Below, in pieces: positions 14,185 through 27,129 of a stretch of DNA of 64,000 nt. Position numbers and translations under genes: made by a program. Under the pieces are notes generated by a model. It searched no databases. It had not been told where the DNA came from and saw nothing but the letters and a program-made list of their open reading frames with translations. How positions within the stretch are numbered: the first letter of the stretch is position 1; each line of letters begins with the position of its first letter. The stretch lies in the NCBI RefSeq assembly GCF_022045235.1, contig NW_027266319.1:28334001-28398000 (forward strand). The letters run 5' to 3'. This stretch comes from Haliotis cracherodii. Its lineage: Eukaryota.

Positions 14185-14532
14185 CTACACGCAGCCCAGA
14201 CAGCGAACGGGACTTCTCATAAAAAGCGCTACGAACCCACCCATACCTTTTCGGAGAATGTGGTGACTCCCCAACCCTGCAGCCTTCTGCGTTACCCAGA
14301 TTGTGAGATGGGCTGTATTCCTGGCAGCAAGCCCGGGTACACTCCCAATGTCAGTCAACAGATTGGGAGGTACCAAACCTGAGGCACCAAGAACAATTGG
14401 GAGTCGGAAAACTTTGTACTTGGGACGCAAGCGTGACATTTCGAAAGTATATTTGCCATGTTTTTCCTGAATCTTGTAAATTACATTATTGTCAAAAGGG
14501 ACAGACAATTCAATGGTATAAATAGTAGTCAT
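14185..14532 (-). mobile_element. 3' fragment of a restriction-like-endonuclease non-LTR retrotransposon (R2/R4-type)
   Basis: IELSVPFD...K..KY...L...PIVLGASG.V...QKAA.LGS.HILRK resembles the C-terminal RLE region of these elements as I recall it; no search run. Confidence 0.55.
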
Positions 14533-14589
14533 CTTATAAGCAGTTAAACTACCATTTCATTTCATGAGTAAACTTGTCTACTTGGAGAA

Positions 14590-14644
<55 letters not shown>

Positions 14645-15570
14645 AGATGGTGTGCGTGCCTGCTATAGCTAGCCTGCGTGCCTGCCTACTTGCGCCTGTG
14701 TGTGTGCGGTTACCGATTACCGACAAATTGTGTTTTATTTTAACTGGGAACTTCAATCATTTTGTTTATACATACATGAGTGGGAGTATTAAACTAGTAG
14801 TTATATTCTAAGTACACCCTGTCCATCATCAATGATCTAGACTGTAAGGGTACATATGCCACCGCGTGCACATCAGTATCTAGACAAGGCGGTTGTGTTT
14901 TGTACAAAACATTAGGTTAAGCGTATGCAGGCGTCGTATTCTGGAACAGCCCTACACGATGTAATCTTTAACGTATGGCATTCTGGAAGGGATATTCTGA
15001 CAATCTCCACACTTGGAAACATAACTAATATGCATAAGTGCTCAGGAAGTGTGCAAGATTTCCCGTTGTCGTATTTTTAGTTGGTTGGTTGGTTGGTTGT
15101 TTTACGCCGCACTCAGCAATATTCCAGCTATATGACGGCGGTCTGTAAATAATCGAGTTATTTTCTCGCGTTCACGCGTTTTAGACGTATGTTAACTGGA
15201 GGGCGTTTTAGCTTCAGGTGTTTGCAAGTACAGAAGAATCCCCGTCATCCCCATTTTATCAAAGCTTAAAGTTTTAAATTACCACCATGTATTTCTAGCA
15301 CAAAACACATCACTTACAGTCCTTGACAAAAACATTACTTACAGAGCGTGACTTATTCAAGACACCTTCTTAAGAACAATAAATTACCCAGGTATCAGGA
15401 TTGTACAAGTAAAAGTGCAACAGTAACTGGAAATAAATCATGCAATCTTATTTCACAATAACCTCATATATTACCCTTGTCCTTTAATAGACATACCACC
15501 AACAAATATATGCCTCTTCTCTGCTGTCTTTAAATGATGCGAAACACAATACGTCTGTATCTCTTACAGT

Positions 15571-15630
15571 ATTCCATAGTAACGCGCTGTCATTTTGACG
15601 GCGTTCTGCACTGTCGTGGGTATATAGACA
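15571..15630 (+). promoter_or_regulatory. Proximal promoter of copy 2 (conserved block plus TATA at 15621)
   Basis: Conserved across four paralogs at an equivalent position. Confidence 0.6.
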
Positions 15631-15674
15631 GCCTGTGAGAAGTACAGATCAGTTGTGACTAGTTTCAAGCGATA

Positions 15675-15755
15675 ATGGCCAAAGTACTGTTTTTCGTAGT
15701 TTTGGCTGTGCTGTCGATATCTGTGATTACAGAGGCTCAGTTTAGTGGCAGTAAG

Positions 15756-15803
<48 letters not shown>

Positions 15804-17337
15804 AAGCCCTAAACAGTTGACGAGTATGCGCAAAGGCAATATCCTGTAATATTACTGTTATGATAGTTTTTCCTAGAATATAGATATATAAAGTATAAAT
15901 ATCTATCTGATCTATCGCCATGTTGTGACAATGTCCCTTATTTATCACAAAACCCCATTAATGTTACAATGATTTTGCCGCAGGCTGTCCTCCCAACTGC
16001 CGTGAGAGCGAGTGCTCATTCATGGGCTGTGTGGACTGTGACGTGGGTTTCTGTCATTCTTCCGGCGACCGAGGGTGAGAAGAATACAGAAGCTATCAAG
16101 TCCCGACCTGTCGTGAGATATCAGGGCGGGGAACACTAGAAATGGGCTTCTCGCATTGTACCCATACGGGGAAACGAACTTGGGCCTCAGGTGTGACGAG
16201 CGAACGCTTTAACCTCTAGGCTACCTCGCCGCCCCTGTTTGTCGTGAGAAACGACTTGAGTGGTTACAGCGTGTGCCTGGCTGACGGTGTGTCATTAGCC
16301 TCGGCAGGGTACAAGGTTGCCCATTCTATCAACCACTGTTGTGCCTGCTCACGCTCGAGTACTTGAGAACATTAATAATTGTAATGGACGAACGGAGCTA
16401 ATGCTGTTTTGTTATGCATGTATTCGTAGATTTGATACATAATGTAACATATAAAGTATTATCATATTAAGCGGTATCAATCTACGATAGCACGTCTCTA
16501 AATTTACAGCAGCCTACTAAATAGGTTATTTATTTTGTCCAACAGACAAATCATTTGCGTCAAAACGTGCCCGGATGGAATGTACTGTGAACATACCCAC
16601 CGCATGTGTATCAACGTAAGTTCGCAATCCTTAACATGTACCTTCTTCTCAACACATTGTTTCCAGGACATCTGAGATATCAATCGAACATGTTTGTTGA
16701 TAGCATCTGAGGCAAATAAAAAAAAACAACCAAGCCTTCATCCGGCATATTAACAACATAGGTTTTAACCTGTAGGGCAAAATGATGTAACTAAAAAAAT
16801 CGATTTGACCAAGAAATCAAACGTTATCAAAACCTTACGAGGCTGACAAAAGGTTGCTGTAACACTGCCTACTCAAACAATGATATCCGTATCAAATACT
16901 TCCCCATCGAATAACTATTTTTGTTTGTTTCATTTTTAGAAACCATTAAACATGGGTGAAACATGGACATTTTTATGGAAATCAGGGATGATCGACATAA
17001 TTCTTTTCTAATTTTTCTTTGAAAAGGTCTTTAAGTCCTGTTCCCGTATTGAAATAAGTCTACCTGTATTGAAAATTGAATACTTTATTACCGCTTCTCT
17101 CAATCTGAGATAGTAAAAATGTGTACCCTGGATAAGAGTGTGTCGTCGTGCCCTGACGGCGTAGATCGTTGCTCATGCTGTCAGCCACTGGTTCGAATGG
17201 AATAGAGTCCATTAGCTACAGGCAGTCTTTGATACAGTTAGAGTGTTGCTGACTGCGGCATAACACAGCATCCACTTGTTTTCGCTCTCAACTCCCCTAG
17301 GCTTGGGTCTACTGCCACTTCTTTTTCTTTGCAGTGA
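15675..17337 (+). CDS. Secreted 10-Cys peptide precursor, copy 2 (79 aa); exons 15675-15750, 15984-16074, 16546-16615, 17335-17337 (stop only): MAKVLFFVVLAVLSISVITEA|QFSGSCPPNCRESECSFMGCVDCDVGFCHSSGDRGQIICVKTCPDGMYCEHTHRMCIN*
   Basis: GT..AG introns (phases 1,2,0), TATA at 15621, all 10 Cys conserved. The terminal exon is homologous to copy 1 exon 4 (cag|TGAAGTGAGGCTAAC) and is followed by the shared 3' UTR with AATAAA near 17459. The last junction is less certain than the first two. Confidence 0.85.
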
Positions 17338-18081
17338 AGTGAGGCTAACATGGAGAGCTGGAAGTAAGGAAACCAACGAAATCTCTGAACACTTCATCGG
17401 ACTTCTGGCTTTCGTTATGATTGAGTGGTGATCTGTTTTATCAATGATAAAACCATTGAATAAATTGATGCAATGACGCTTTTCGTTTTGAGAAATATTT
17501 TGACGACAGAGATATAAGGTAAGATGTGTGACTTTGCTGCCTAAATGAGGAGAGCCCGGTATGACACTCAATATCGGCATCATTACATTAATTGACAAGC
17601 CCAAGGGAGGCTACCGAGGCCGCAAAAGAAACCCATTGGTCATCAGTATCCCACCAGGGGGCACTTCGCTCCTCATTATGACTAAATCTTCTTGTTTTTA
17701 AAAAATAATCTTTGTGAAATGGATTTGTGTCTTGGCTGCACACCGCATGAACCAATGAACCTTTCCAGGCTGCGACAATTGGATGCATAATATATGAGAG
17801 ATCTAAACACCGGTTTCTTGATGTGAGCTTGAAAATAACCATTATACAATGACAGACGGAAATCATGCGTGTGGATTAACGCAAACCGACTGAATACGTG
17901 GGGTTGAAGAAATGCGCTTGACGCAAACCCGAAATGGAGATAACTATCGCTCCAAGCTGCACATTAACGCAGAGAAAACTTGGCAACAATTTCCTAAGTA
18001 CTTTTAGAACATAACCCTTGATGACACTGAAAATGAATCTAATTCTATTTCGATTATATATTTTTATCATTGAGATACATA

Positions 18082-19298
18082 CGAGGGCTGGCTGAAAAGT
18101 TCTAAGCCTAAGTGGGATATCTCAATCGGATTGAAACAAACTTTTGCCTCCAACAAGTACAATCATTTAATGAATCATAGACATAAGAACTACAACTGCA
18201 GTGTTATTATTGTCTTTGTACCAGACCATCCTGTGAACCTACCCATTGAAATCACCAGAAATGGAGAAAACTGGCTATAGGGCAGTCATCAGGTACCTGC
18301 AACTCCAACACAGATACATGCTGACATAGTCTCCACTTTAGGGGATGATGCCCCTTCCTTTTCCAATGTAAAGAAGTGGGCTGCGGAATTCAAGCGTGGC
18401 AGAGAGCCTTCAACAGCAACCATTCCGGAAAACATTACCCGGGTGCATAACATGGTGATGGCTGATCGACGATTGACTATTCGACATACTGCCAGTGTTG
18501 TGGGCATCTCTCATGAGAGGGTTGAGCACATTATCACTAACGAGTTTGGAATGACAAAAGTTTCTGCAAGATGGATGCCAAAGCTCTTGACAGCGGATCA
18601 GAAACGTGTCAGATTCCTGACGTCCCGTGACAATTTATGCCGTTTTGAAGCAGATCCCGATGATTTTTGGGCCCGATTTGTAACCATGGATGAGACCTGG
18701 ATTCATCACTTTCAACCAGAAACCAAAATTCAGTCTAAACAATGGAAGCATCCGGAATCACCAGCCCCCACAAAAGCCAAGTGGGTTCCTTCTGCTGGAA
18801 AGGTGATGGCTTCAGTCTTTTGGGATTCCAAGGGTATTCTGCTGATTGACTATCTTGAAAAAGGCCAGACTATCAATGGTAGATATTATGCTGACCGACT
18901 GAGACAGTTGCGTGAAGCTATCAAAGCTAAGCGACGGGGAATGCTCCCTAGAGGAGTCCTGTTCCACCAAGACAATGCTCATGTTCACAAATCGGTGGTT
19001 GCCATGTCAGCGATCCATGATTGTGGCTTCGAACTCATTGACCATCCCCCTTATTTTCACCCGATTTGGCCCCGTCCGACTGCCACCTGTTTCCTAAAAT
19101 GAAAAAGGAACTAGCCGCTGTGAATGACTTTTTTAGGGTGGCTGAAGAAAATTTCTTCTTGACCGGCATCCGGGCCTTGCACCATCGCTGTCAAAAGTGT
19201 GTAAACCTGGAAAGGGACTATGTTGAGAAATAAATGTAAACCATCGACTTGGCACGGGCCTTTCACAGTTAGGCTTAGAACTTTTCAACCAGCCCTCG
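18082..19298 (+). mobile_element. Mariner (DD34D) transposon, transposase disrupted
   Basis: 30-bp TIRs CGAGGGCTGG(C/T)TGAAAAGTTCTAAGCCTAA with TA TSD. Motifs ARWMPKLL, TMDETWIH, FHQDNA; the YSPDLAPSD motif is frameshifted near 19055. Confidence 0.95.
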
Positions 19299-20881
19299 TA
19301 TCAAGGGAATGGTAGGGCTGACGAAATACCTACAGATTAGACTGAATATAAATAGCAATTACATAAGACACAAAATACACACGGGTTATAAACTACTACT
19401 GCGACAAGTCAAGACTATCTTTACATTCACTGGGGGTTCAAATATGAGGTGAGGTCATTCTTATGTGCTATGGCTAAATGTTTATGCAGTTTGTTTGTTT
19501 ATTGTTTAAAGTCACACTCAGCAATATTTCAGCTATATGACGGCTGTCTGTAAATAATCGAGTCTGGACCAGACAATCCAGTGATTGACATCACGAGCAT
19601 CGATCCCCGCAATTTGGATTGATGACATGCATCAATCAAGAGTTCATATTTAAATGATTATAGGGTAAATAAACTTAAAAGAGTCTTGTGTCATTTAAAG
19701 GAATATTTTAAACCAATTGACAATGGTCGTCATAAAAAGGCAGTCGCAAGGTAAGGAATGGAGTCTGTTTAGTATGAAAAGAAGTAGTGGGTGACACGTT
19801 TCAGCTATTTCAAGACACAGCCAGGTACTGCGCAAGATTACATAACAAACAATGTTTTCAAGCGGACATAAACTATATAATTTTACCCTACGGAGATTTC
19901 TGGACCAAAATATATTTCCAGTAACCCTCACTTGATGTAAAAGAAAACTTAAGCTCAGGATCGGGGGTAGCAAAGTTTCACCAGACTGACTGAGTGCCAT
20001 CGTACCTCTGCGACGCCGGTTCTTAAGTATACTTTGTCACTAGTTTGCCTGAACTTTGTGACATTGCTTTCAATGTGGGGATCACTGATTATGTGCTAAT
20101 TCGTAATGACTCGTATATTTCCTGCACACATACCAGCTTAAAGATTCACTTATGAAAACGATGGCAGATGTATGGTTTGTCACTGGTTTGCCTGGCCCGT
20201 TGCCTTGGTTATAACCCAGAATATTGCCGACTCGTGTTAAGCAATGTTCATTCACTCACTCGTATATAATTTTATAATACACTCTGTGATATTGCTCTTT
20301 ATGAGGGGTTCACACACAATGTGACTTGAGTCATTCCTGTAAAGATTCAGTTATTTAGACAGAGTCGGTGTCAATTTTCTAACCTGTATGATTCCACTGA
20401 ATTATCCAGAGGATTCACGGGATGGAAAACTGACCGTTCTCATAGGGGCAATCCCAGACTCATTTCCGTTCTAATGGCGACCATTTCCAGCCAGCGTTGC
20501 ACGTGCATGTGTTCTCTACAAAAGTACAATTAATTTCAGTTTTGCAAGTTATTGAATGAATATTTTAATGCATGCGTGCGTGTGTGTCTGTATGTCTGTG
20601 TGTGTGCATATGCAAAAAGAGCATCCTCGTGTTTCGGTACATAGTACATTCTCTCTTAAGTCGATAATGCGACATCAGGACATGATGTCATACCTCGCAA
20701 TACCGACAACACAAAAAGCCACAAGATTTCATTTTCAAAGAAAAGTGCAGCAGTACCATGCACTAAATGATGCAATCATATTGCACAATAACCTCAGAGA
20801 TTACCTTGACCTTTGATAGACATAGCACTAATTAAACAGAGAAGAAATATATGAGTAGTCTCCACTTTCTTTTAAGGATGC

Positions 20882-21045
20882 GGGGCTGTCGGGTAACCTA
20901 GTGGTTAAAGCGTTCGATCATCACGCCGAAGACCCAGGTTCGATTCCCGATATGGGCACAATGTGTGAAGCCCATTTCTGGTGTTCCCCGCCGTGATATT
21001 GCTGGAATATTGCTAAAAGCGGCGTAAAACCATACTCACTCACTC
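20882..21045 (+). mobile_element. SINE family A inserted in the promoter of copy 3
   Basis: Full-length copy flanked by an imperfect TSD (TTTAA.GATGC); absent at the homologous site in copies 1, 2 and 4. Confidence 0.85.
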
Positions 21046-21086
21046 TTTAAATGATGCAATGCAGCATAGTATATGTCCCTTACGTC

Positions 21087-21145
21087 ATTCCATAGTAACG
21101 CGCTGCACAGTAGAAGGGACCCTGCTCTGTCGTTGGTATAAAGAT
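21087..21145 (+). promoter_or_regulatory. Proximal promoter of copy 3 (conserved block plus TATAAA at 21137)
   Basis: Conserved across four paralogs at an equivalent position. Confidence 0.6.
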
Positions 21146-21191
21146 AGCCTGGGAGAAGGACAGACACATTTGTAACAAGTCTCCAGCGATA

Positions 21192-24100
21192 ATGGCCAAG
21201 TTATTGCTTGCTGTAGTTGTGACTGTGCTGTCCATATCTGTCATTACAGAGGCACAGTTAAGTGACAGTAAGTATATATTTGTTTGTTTGTTTGTGTTTC
21301 CTCCCTTTTATCAAATTCTTAAACAGTTGACCTGTATGCACAAGGTAAATATACTGTGAAATAAAGTCATCACATTTAAGAAAATGTGATGTGAAGACAT
21401 CGCAAGTCAAAATACATCGTCATTTGACATCGTATTCTCATCATAATGGCGTAATGTCTCTTTGAACCGAACTACGCAATCCTGTGGCAAGATACTCTTT
21501 CAACAGATATACCAATTAAATAATTACACCTCAAAGATGTTTCAGTTGGACAATCGTACTTTTAAGATGTCACATATTTTAAAACACACTTTGCTTGCCA
21601 GGGACCTTTTGAGTTACGAACACAATGCTTTGATATAGAACTCTGTATATTAATGTATACTTAAGACAAAACGGTTTGAATCAACCTGAAGTACATGTAT
21701 TCCCATAACAGTAAAAGAGGAAACATTAATGGTTGATAGTGTTTCATCCGATACCTAATAATAGAATATTAATATATAAACTATAACGAATATATAACGC
21801 CGTTATCCATAACACAATTAGGTAATCTGTCGCCAGCCGTGGCTATACGTTATGACAATGTTCGCTGAGAAATGTGGTAATTATGACATCTCAAGTCTCC
21901 ATCTTGTGACAACAACTGACTAAAATATTACCAGTTCTGAAACAAAAAGGTTCTGTGGAACAGACAATGTACACTGAAAGGCAACATCAACGGTTATCGT
22001 GTACTTCTTTTGGTCATACACTTAGTATGATAATGTTTATTGGAAAATAATATTTTTTAGAGAGTTGTATTGAGATGTCTCGTGTCTTTTTCCTCTAAGA
22101 CAAGTTGTGGAGTGACCTCAATTATCACTAAAAAATATTACATCAAGCTTCTCTAATCTGTCTTAAGAAGTCTGTAGTTAGAAGATTGGGCAGTCAGTAC
22201 TTCCAGGTATTCCTTTCTCTCATAGTTATTACAATATGTGCCGCAGGTTGTCCTCCCAACTGCCAACAAACTGTGTGCACGTTCATGGGATGTCAACGCT
22301 GTGACCCGGACTACTGCCATTATTCCGACGATAGAACCAGGTGAGAGGAATACAGCAGGTGTCAAGTCGCTGCTTGTCGTGATGTATCAGGACGATAGAA
22401 CCAGGTGAGAGGAATACAACAGGTGTCAAGTCGCTGCTTGTCGTGATATATCAGGACGATAGAACCAGGTGAGAGAAATACAACAGGTGTCAAGTCGCTG
22501 CTTGTCGTGATGTATCAGGACGATAGAACCAGGTGAGAGGAATACAACAGGTGTCAAGTCGCTGCTTGTCGTGATGTATCAGGACGATAGAACCAGGTGA
22601 GAGGAATACAACAGGTGTCAAATCGGTGTTTGTCGTGATGTATCAGGACGATGGAACCAGGTGAGAGGAATACAACAGGTGTCAAGTCGCTGCTTGTCGT
22701 GATGTATCAGGACGATAGAACCAGGTGAGAGGAATACAACAGGTGTCAAGTCGCTGCTTGTCGTGATGTATCAGGATGATAGAACCAGGTGAGAGGAATA
22801 CAACAGGTGTCAAGTCGCTGCTTGTCGTGATGTATCAGGACGATGGAACCAGGTGAGAGGAATACAACAGGTGTCAAGTCGCTGCTTGTCGTGATGTATC
22901 AGGACGATGGCACCAGGTGAGAGGAATACAACAGGTGTCAAGTCGCTGCTTGTCGTGATGTATCAGGACGATAGAACCATGTGAGAGGAATACAACAGGT
23001 GTCAAGTCGCTGCTTGTCGTGGTGTATCAGGACGATAAAACCAGGTGAGAGGAATACAACAGGTGTCAAATCGCTGCTTGTCGTGATGTATCAGGACGAT
23101 AGAACCAGGTGAGAGGAATACAAAAGGTGTCAAGTCGCTGCTTGTCGTGATGTATCAGGACGATAGAACCAGGTGAGAGGAATACAACAGGTGTCAAGTC
23201 GCTGCTTGTCGTGATGTATCAGGACGATAGAACCAGGTGAGAGGAATACAACAGGTGTCAAGTCGCTGCTTGTCGTGATGTATCAGGACGATAGAACCAG
23301 GTGAGAGGAATACAACAGGTGTCAAGTCGCTGCTTGTCGTGATGTATCAGGATGATAGAACCAGGTGAGAGGAATACAACAGGTGTCAAGTCGCTGCTTG
23401 TCGTGATGTATCAGGACGATGGAACCAGGTGAGAGGAATACAACAGGTGTCAAGTCGCTGCTTGTCGTGATGTATCAGGACGATGGCACCAGGTGAGAGG
23501 AATACAACAGGTGTCAAGTCGCTGCTTGTCGTGATGTATCAGGACGATAGAACCATGTGAGAGGAATACAACAGGTGTCAAGTCGCTGCTTGTCGTGGTG
23601 TATCAGGACGATAAAACCAGGTGAGAGGAATACAACAGGTGTCAAATCGCTGCTTGTCGTGATGTATCAGGACGATAGAACCAGGTGAGAGGAATACAAA
23701 AGGTGTCAAGTCGCTGCTTGTCGTGATGTATCAGGACGATAGAACCAGGTGAGAGGAATACAACAGGTGTCAAGTCGCTGCTTGTCGTGGTGTATCAGGA
23801 CGATAAAACCAGATGAGAGGAATACAACAGGTGTCAAATCGCTGCTTGTCGTGATGTATCAGGACGATAGAACCAGGTGAGAGGAATACAACAGGTGTCA
23901 AATCGCTGCTTGTCGTGATGTATCAGGACGATAGAACCAGGTGAGAGGAATACAACAGGTGTCAAGTCGCTGCTTGTCGTGATGTATATCAGGACGATAG
24001 AACCAGGTGAGAGGAATACAACAGGTGTCAAGTCGCTGCTTGTCGTGATGTATCAAGACGATAAAACAAGGTGAGAGGAATACAACAGGTGTCAAGTCGC

Positions 24101-25712
24101 TGCTTGTCGTGATGTATCAAGACGATAAAACAAGGTGAGAGGAATACAACAGGTGTCAGTATCAGGACGTGGGACACCAGTTATTGGCTTCACGCATTGT
24201 ACCCATGTGGGGAGTCGAACCCGGGCCTTAGGCTTACTTTCCGTCCTACTTGTCCCTGGCCCTGGCTGACCGCGTGTCATCGTGCCTCGTCAGGCTCATT
24301 CTATCAACAACAGTTTTGCCGGCTCACACTCGAGTACTTAAGGCCTCCATCTAGCTGCAATAGTGTTCACTACGGCATATAACGTCATTCACTTCGTAAC
24401 ACTTCTGATGATGGCGGTGATGTGAGTAAAGAAAGGGATTAAATCCAAATAGAAAAACGTAATAATCAAGCAAAGAATGATAAATGTGAAACTATCAAAT
24501 AACCACCGTTACAAATGTTATGTTGTTTATGTTTGTTTGTTGTTTAACGCCGCTCTCAGCAATATTCCAGCTATATGACGGCGGTCTGTAAATATAAATT
24601 AACTCGAGTCTGGACCAGACAATCCAGTGATTGACAGCATGAGCATCGATCTACGCAATTGTTATCGATGACATGCATCAACCAAGTCAGCGAGTCTGAC
24701 CACCCGATCCCGTCAGTCGCCTCTTACGAGAAGCATAGTCGTCTTTCTCGGTAAGCATGGGTACAAATATTATATGAATTCAGTGGTAAATACATTGTAT
24801 TGACAACACTCCCGAAAGTACATCACTTGTGTAACTGAATTATTCAACTCTAATAATTGTTCTGGTAAACGGAGATAATATGACTTTTCATACATATTAT
24901 GAAGTTTTTAATATTATTGGTATCAAATCTAGGATAACATGTTTGTAAATTCACAGTAGCCTGATCTACTGATCGACATACGTTATCATTTTGTCCGACA
25001 GAAAAATTATATGCATCACAAAGTGCCCGGATGGAATGTACTGTGAAAGTTCTCACCGCATGTGCATCCGTACCATTGGTAAGTTTCCTATCCTCAACCT
25101 TGATGCACGTGTACCTTCTTCTCTACACATTTAAAACATCCAACATATGCAGAGATCATTTTTGAAGGCACAACCTGAGTCAAAATTACTCTTGTCGGGT
25201 GTTTTCTTCAGGAAACTTGAGTCCAAAACTTAACTATGCTATCCGTATCAAATACATCACCATCGAGAACTCGTTTTTGTTTGTTTTATTTTAGCCTCTA
25301 TCAAACATGGATGTACACTTTCTTTTGCCCGGTAGTATATTTACAGAGCGTCGACATATTGTTTTTTTTAAACCTTCTTTTGAGAGGGACCTAAAATCCT
25401 GTTTCCGTTTTACAATAAGTCCACCCGTAGTAAAATGTGAATTCTTACTACCGCTTCTCTCAATTTGTGTAACCAATTTTGCATTTTCCTGTTTGGGAGC
25501 AAGAAACGCATGCCTTTGGGTCTTGCGTGCTTGCCTCTTTGTTTCTGTACCGCTGTGACCGTTGCATTTTCATAGTAGTCGGGATATAATATTTCACACA
25601 GGGACACAGCTGGAATATTGCTGACTTCGGCATAAAACAACATTCGTTAATTCACTCGCTGAACTGCGTTAGACTAAGTTACTTCCACTGCCTTTTCTTT
25701 GTAGGCAAGTGA
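21192..25712 (+). CDS. Secreted 10-Cys peptide precursor, copy 3 (84 aa); exons 21192-21267, 22247-22340, 25002-25078, 25705-25712: MAKLLLAVVVTVLSISVITEA|QLSDSCPPNCQQTVCTFMGCQRCDPDYCHYSDDRTRKIICITKCPDGMYCESSHRMCIRTIGK*
   Basis: GT..AG introns (phases 1,2,1), TATAAA at 21137, 10 Cys conserved, C-terminal GK amidation signal, AATAAA near 25823. Confidence 0.87.
22327..24158 (+). repeat. 64-bp tandem array (28 full units plus a partial) containing the exon-2 3' end and splice donor of copy 3
   Basis: Unit GACGATAGAACCAG|GTGAGAGGAATACAACAGGTGTCAAGTCGCTGCTTGTCGTGATGTATCAG; starts at 22327, 22391 ... 24121. Variant units recur at a 576-bp (9-unit) offset. Confidence 0.97.
24530..24762 (-). mobile_element. 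SINE-like interspersed repeat, family B
   Basis: Reverse complement of 39198-39454; other copies at about 15081, 19490, 42243, 63124 and 63850. Confidence 0.8.
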
Positions 25713-26048
25713 GGCTAACAGCGGTGTGCTGGAAGTTAGAAACACCAACGGAACCTCTGGAACACTTCATCGGACTTCTGGCATTCAGTGTGATTGAGTT
25801 TAAGTACTGGATAAAATCATTGAATAAATTGATGCAACAAACACTTTTCGTTTTGAGATGTATTATAACGACGGAGATATAAAGTTAGATTTGTCACTTT
25901 TTTGCCTAAAAGTGGAGAGGTCTAGATGTTTCCTATTCAACTATCGCCGATGGAAAGGAAACAGAACTTGAGAGGCGAGGTGAAATGGGGCTTAGATTTA
26001 TTGTGCTAGCTCACTAAGATACCATGCTGTAGCTTCACATGGCAACAT

Positions 26049-26051
<3 letters not shown>

Positions 26052-26094
<43 letters not shown>

Positions 26095-26265
26095 GACACA
26101 CACACAAACGACACTCACACACATGCACACGCACATACACACACACGACACACACACACACACACACACGACACTCACACACATAGACACGCACACACTC
26201 ACACGCATGCACGCGCACACACACTCACACGCACACATGCACGCACACACACACGCACACGACAC
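26052..26265. repeat. Compound (CA)n microsatellite
   Basis: Directly visible. Confidence 0.95.
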
Positions 26266-27129
26266 TCAGACCCTTTTGAGTAGCCCAAGGGAGGCTACCG
26301 AGGCTGCTTATGAAACCCATTGGTCATTAATATCCCACCAGGGGGCACTCTGCACCTCATTATGACTAAATCCTTTTGTATTTATTAAAAATAACTTTTG
26401 AAAATGGATGTATGCATTGGCTGCACACTGCAAGACCACGAGACCTTATCCAGACTGTCATAATTCGATGCACTCGATATATGAGAAATCTTCGATTCGG
26501 TTTCTTGATGTGAGAATGAACGTACAGTGTAACAATTACGCAATGAGAGAGGAAATCATGAAATATATGGATTGAGAGACGGAAATCATGAAATGGGTTT
26601 GATGCAAACCAAGTGACTACGTGGGGTTGAAGACATACTTTCAGATTAGATTAGATATAAATAAAAAATACATAGAAGACAAAATACACACGGGTCGAAC
26701 ACTAACACTGCGTGCTGGTTCATATTACCTTGACATTCACTTGGGTTCAAATATGAGGTCAGGGTCATTCCTATGTGTTCCGTCTGATTTGTTTATGCAG
26801 TTAATATACAAAATAGTTAAGGGGAAATAAACTTAAAAGGGTCTTGTGATATTGTCAAATTAAAAGATACTTTAAACCTTTTGACACCGATCGGCATAAA
26901 AGGCATTGGTATGTTAAAGAATGAAGCGTGTTAAGCATGAAAAGAAGACCCGGGTTCGATTCCCGACATGGGTACAATGTGTGAAGCCCGTGTTTGTGTC
27001 CCCCGCCGTGATATTGCTGAGATATTGCTAAAAGCCGCGTAAGGCAAAACTCATTCACTCCCTCACTCATTCCTTGATTCGTGGGGCTTTTGTTAGAAAA
27101 CGTGGTGACGACAGATACAGTGACGTCTC

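Noticed and set aside
22327-24158. CRISPR-like regular array
   Set aside because: Head-to-tail near-identical units with no unique spacers, no cas genes, and a eukaryotic intron context.
26035-26365. His/Thr-rich and Cys/Val-rich ORFs
   Set aside because: Translations of a (CA)n microsatellite.
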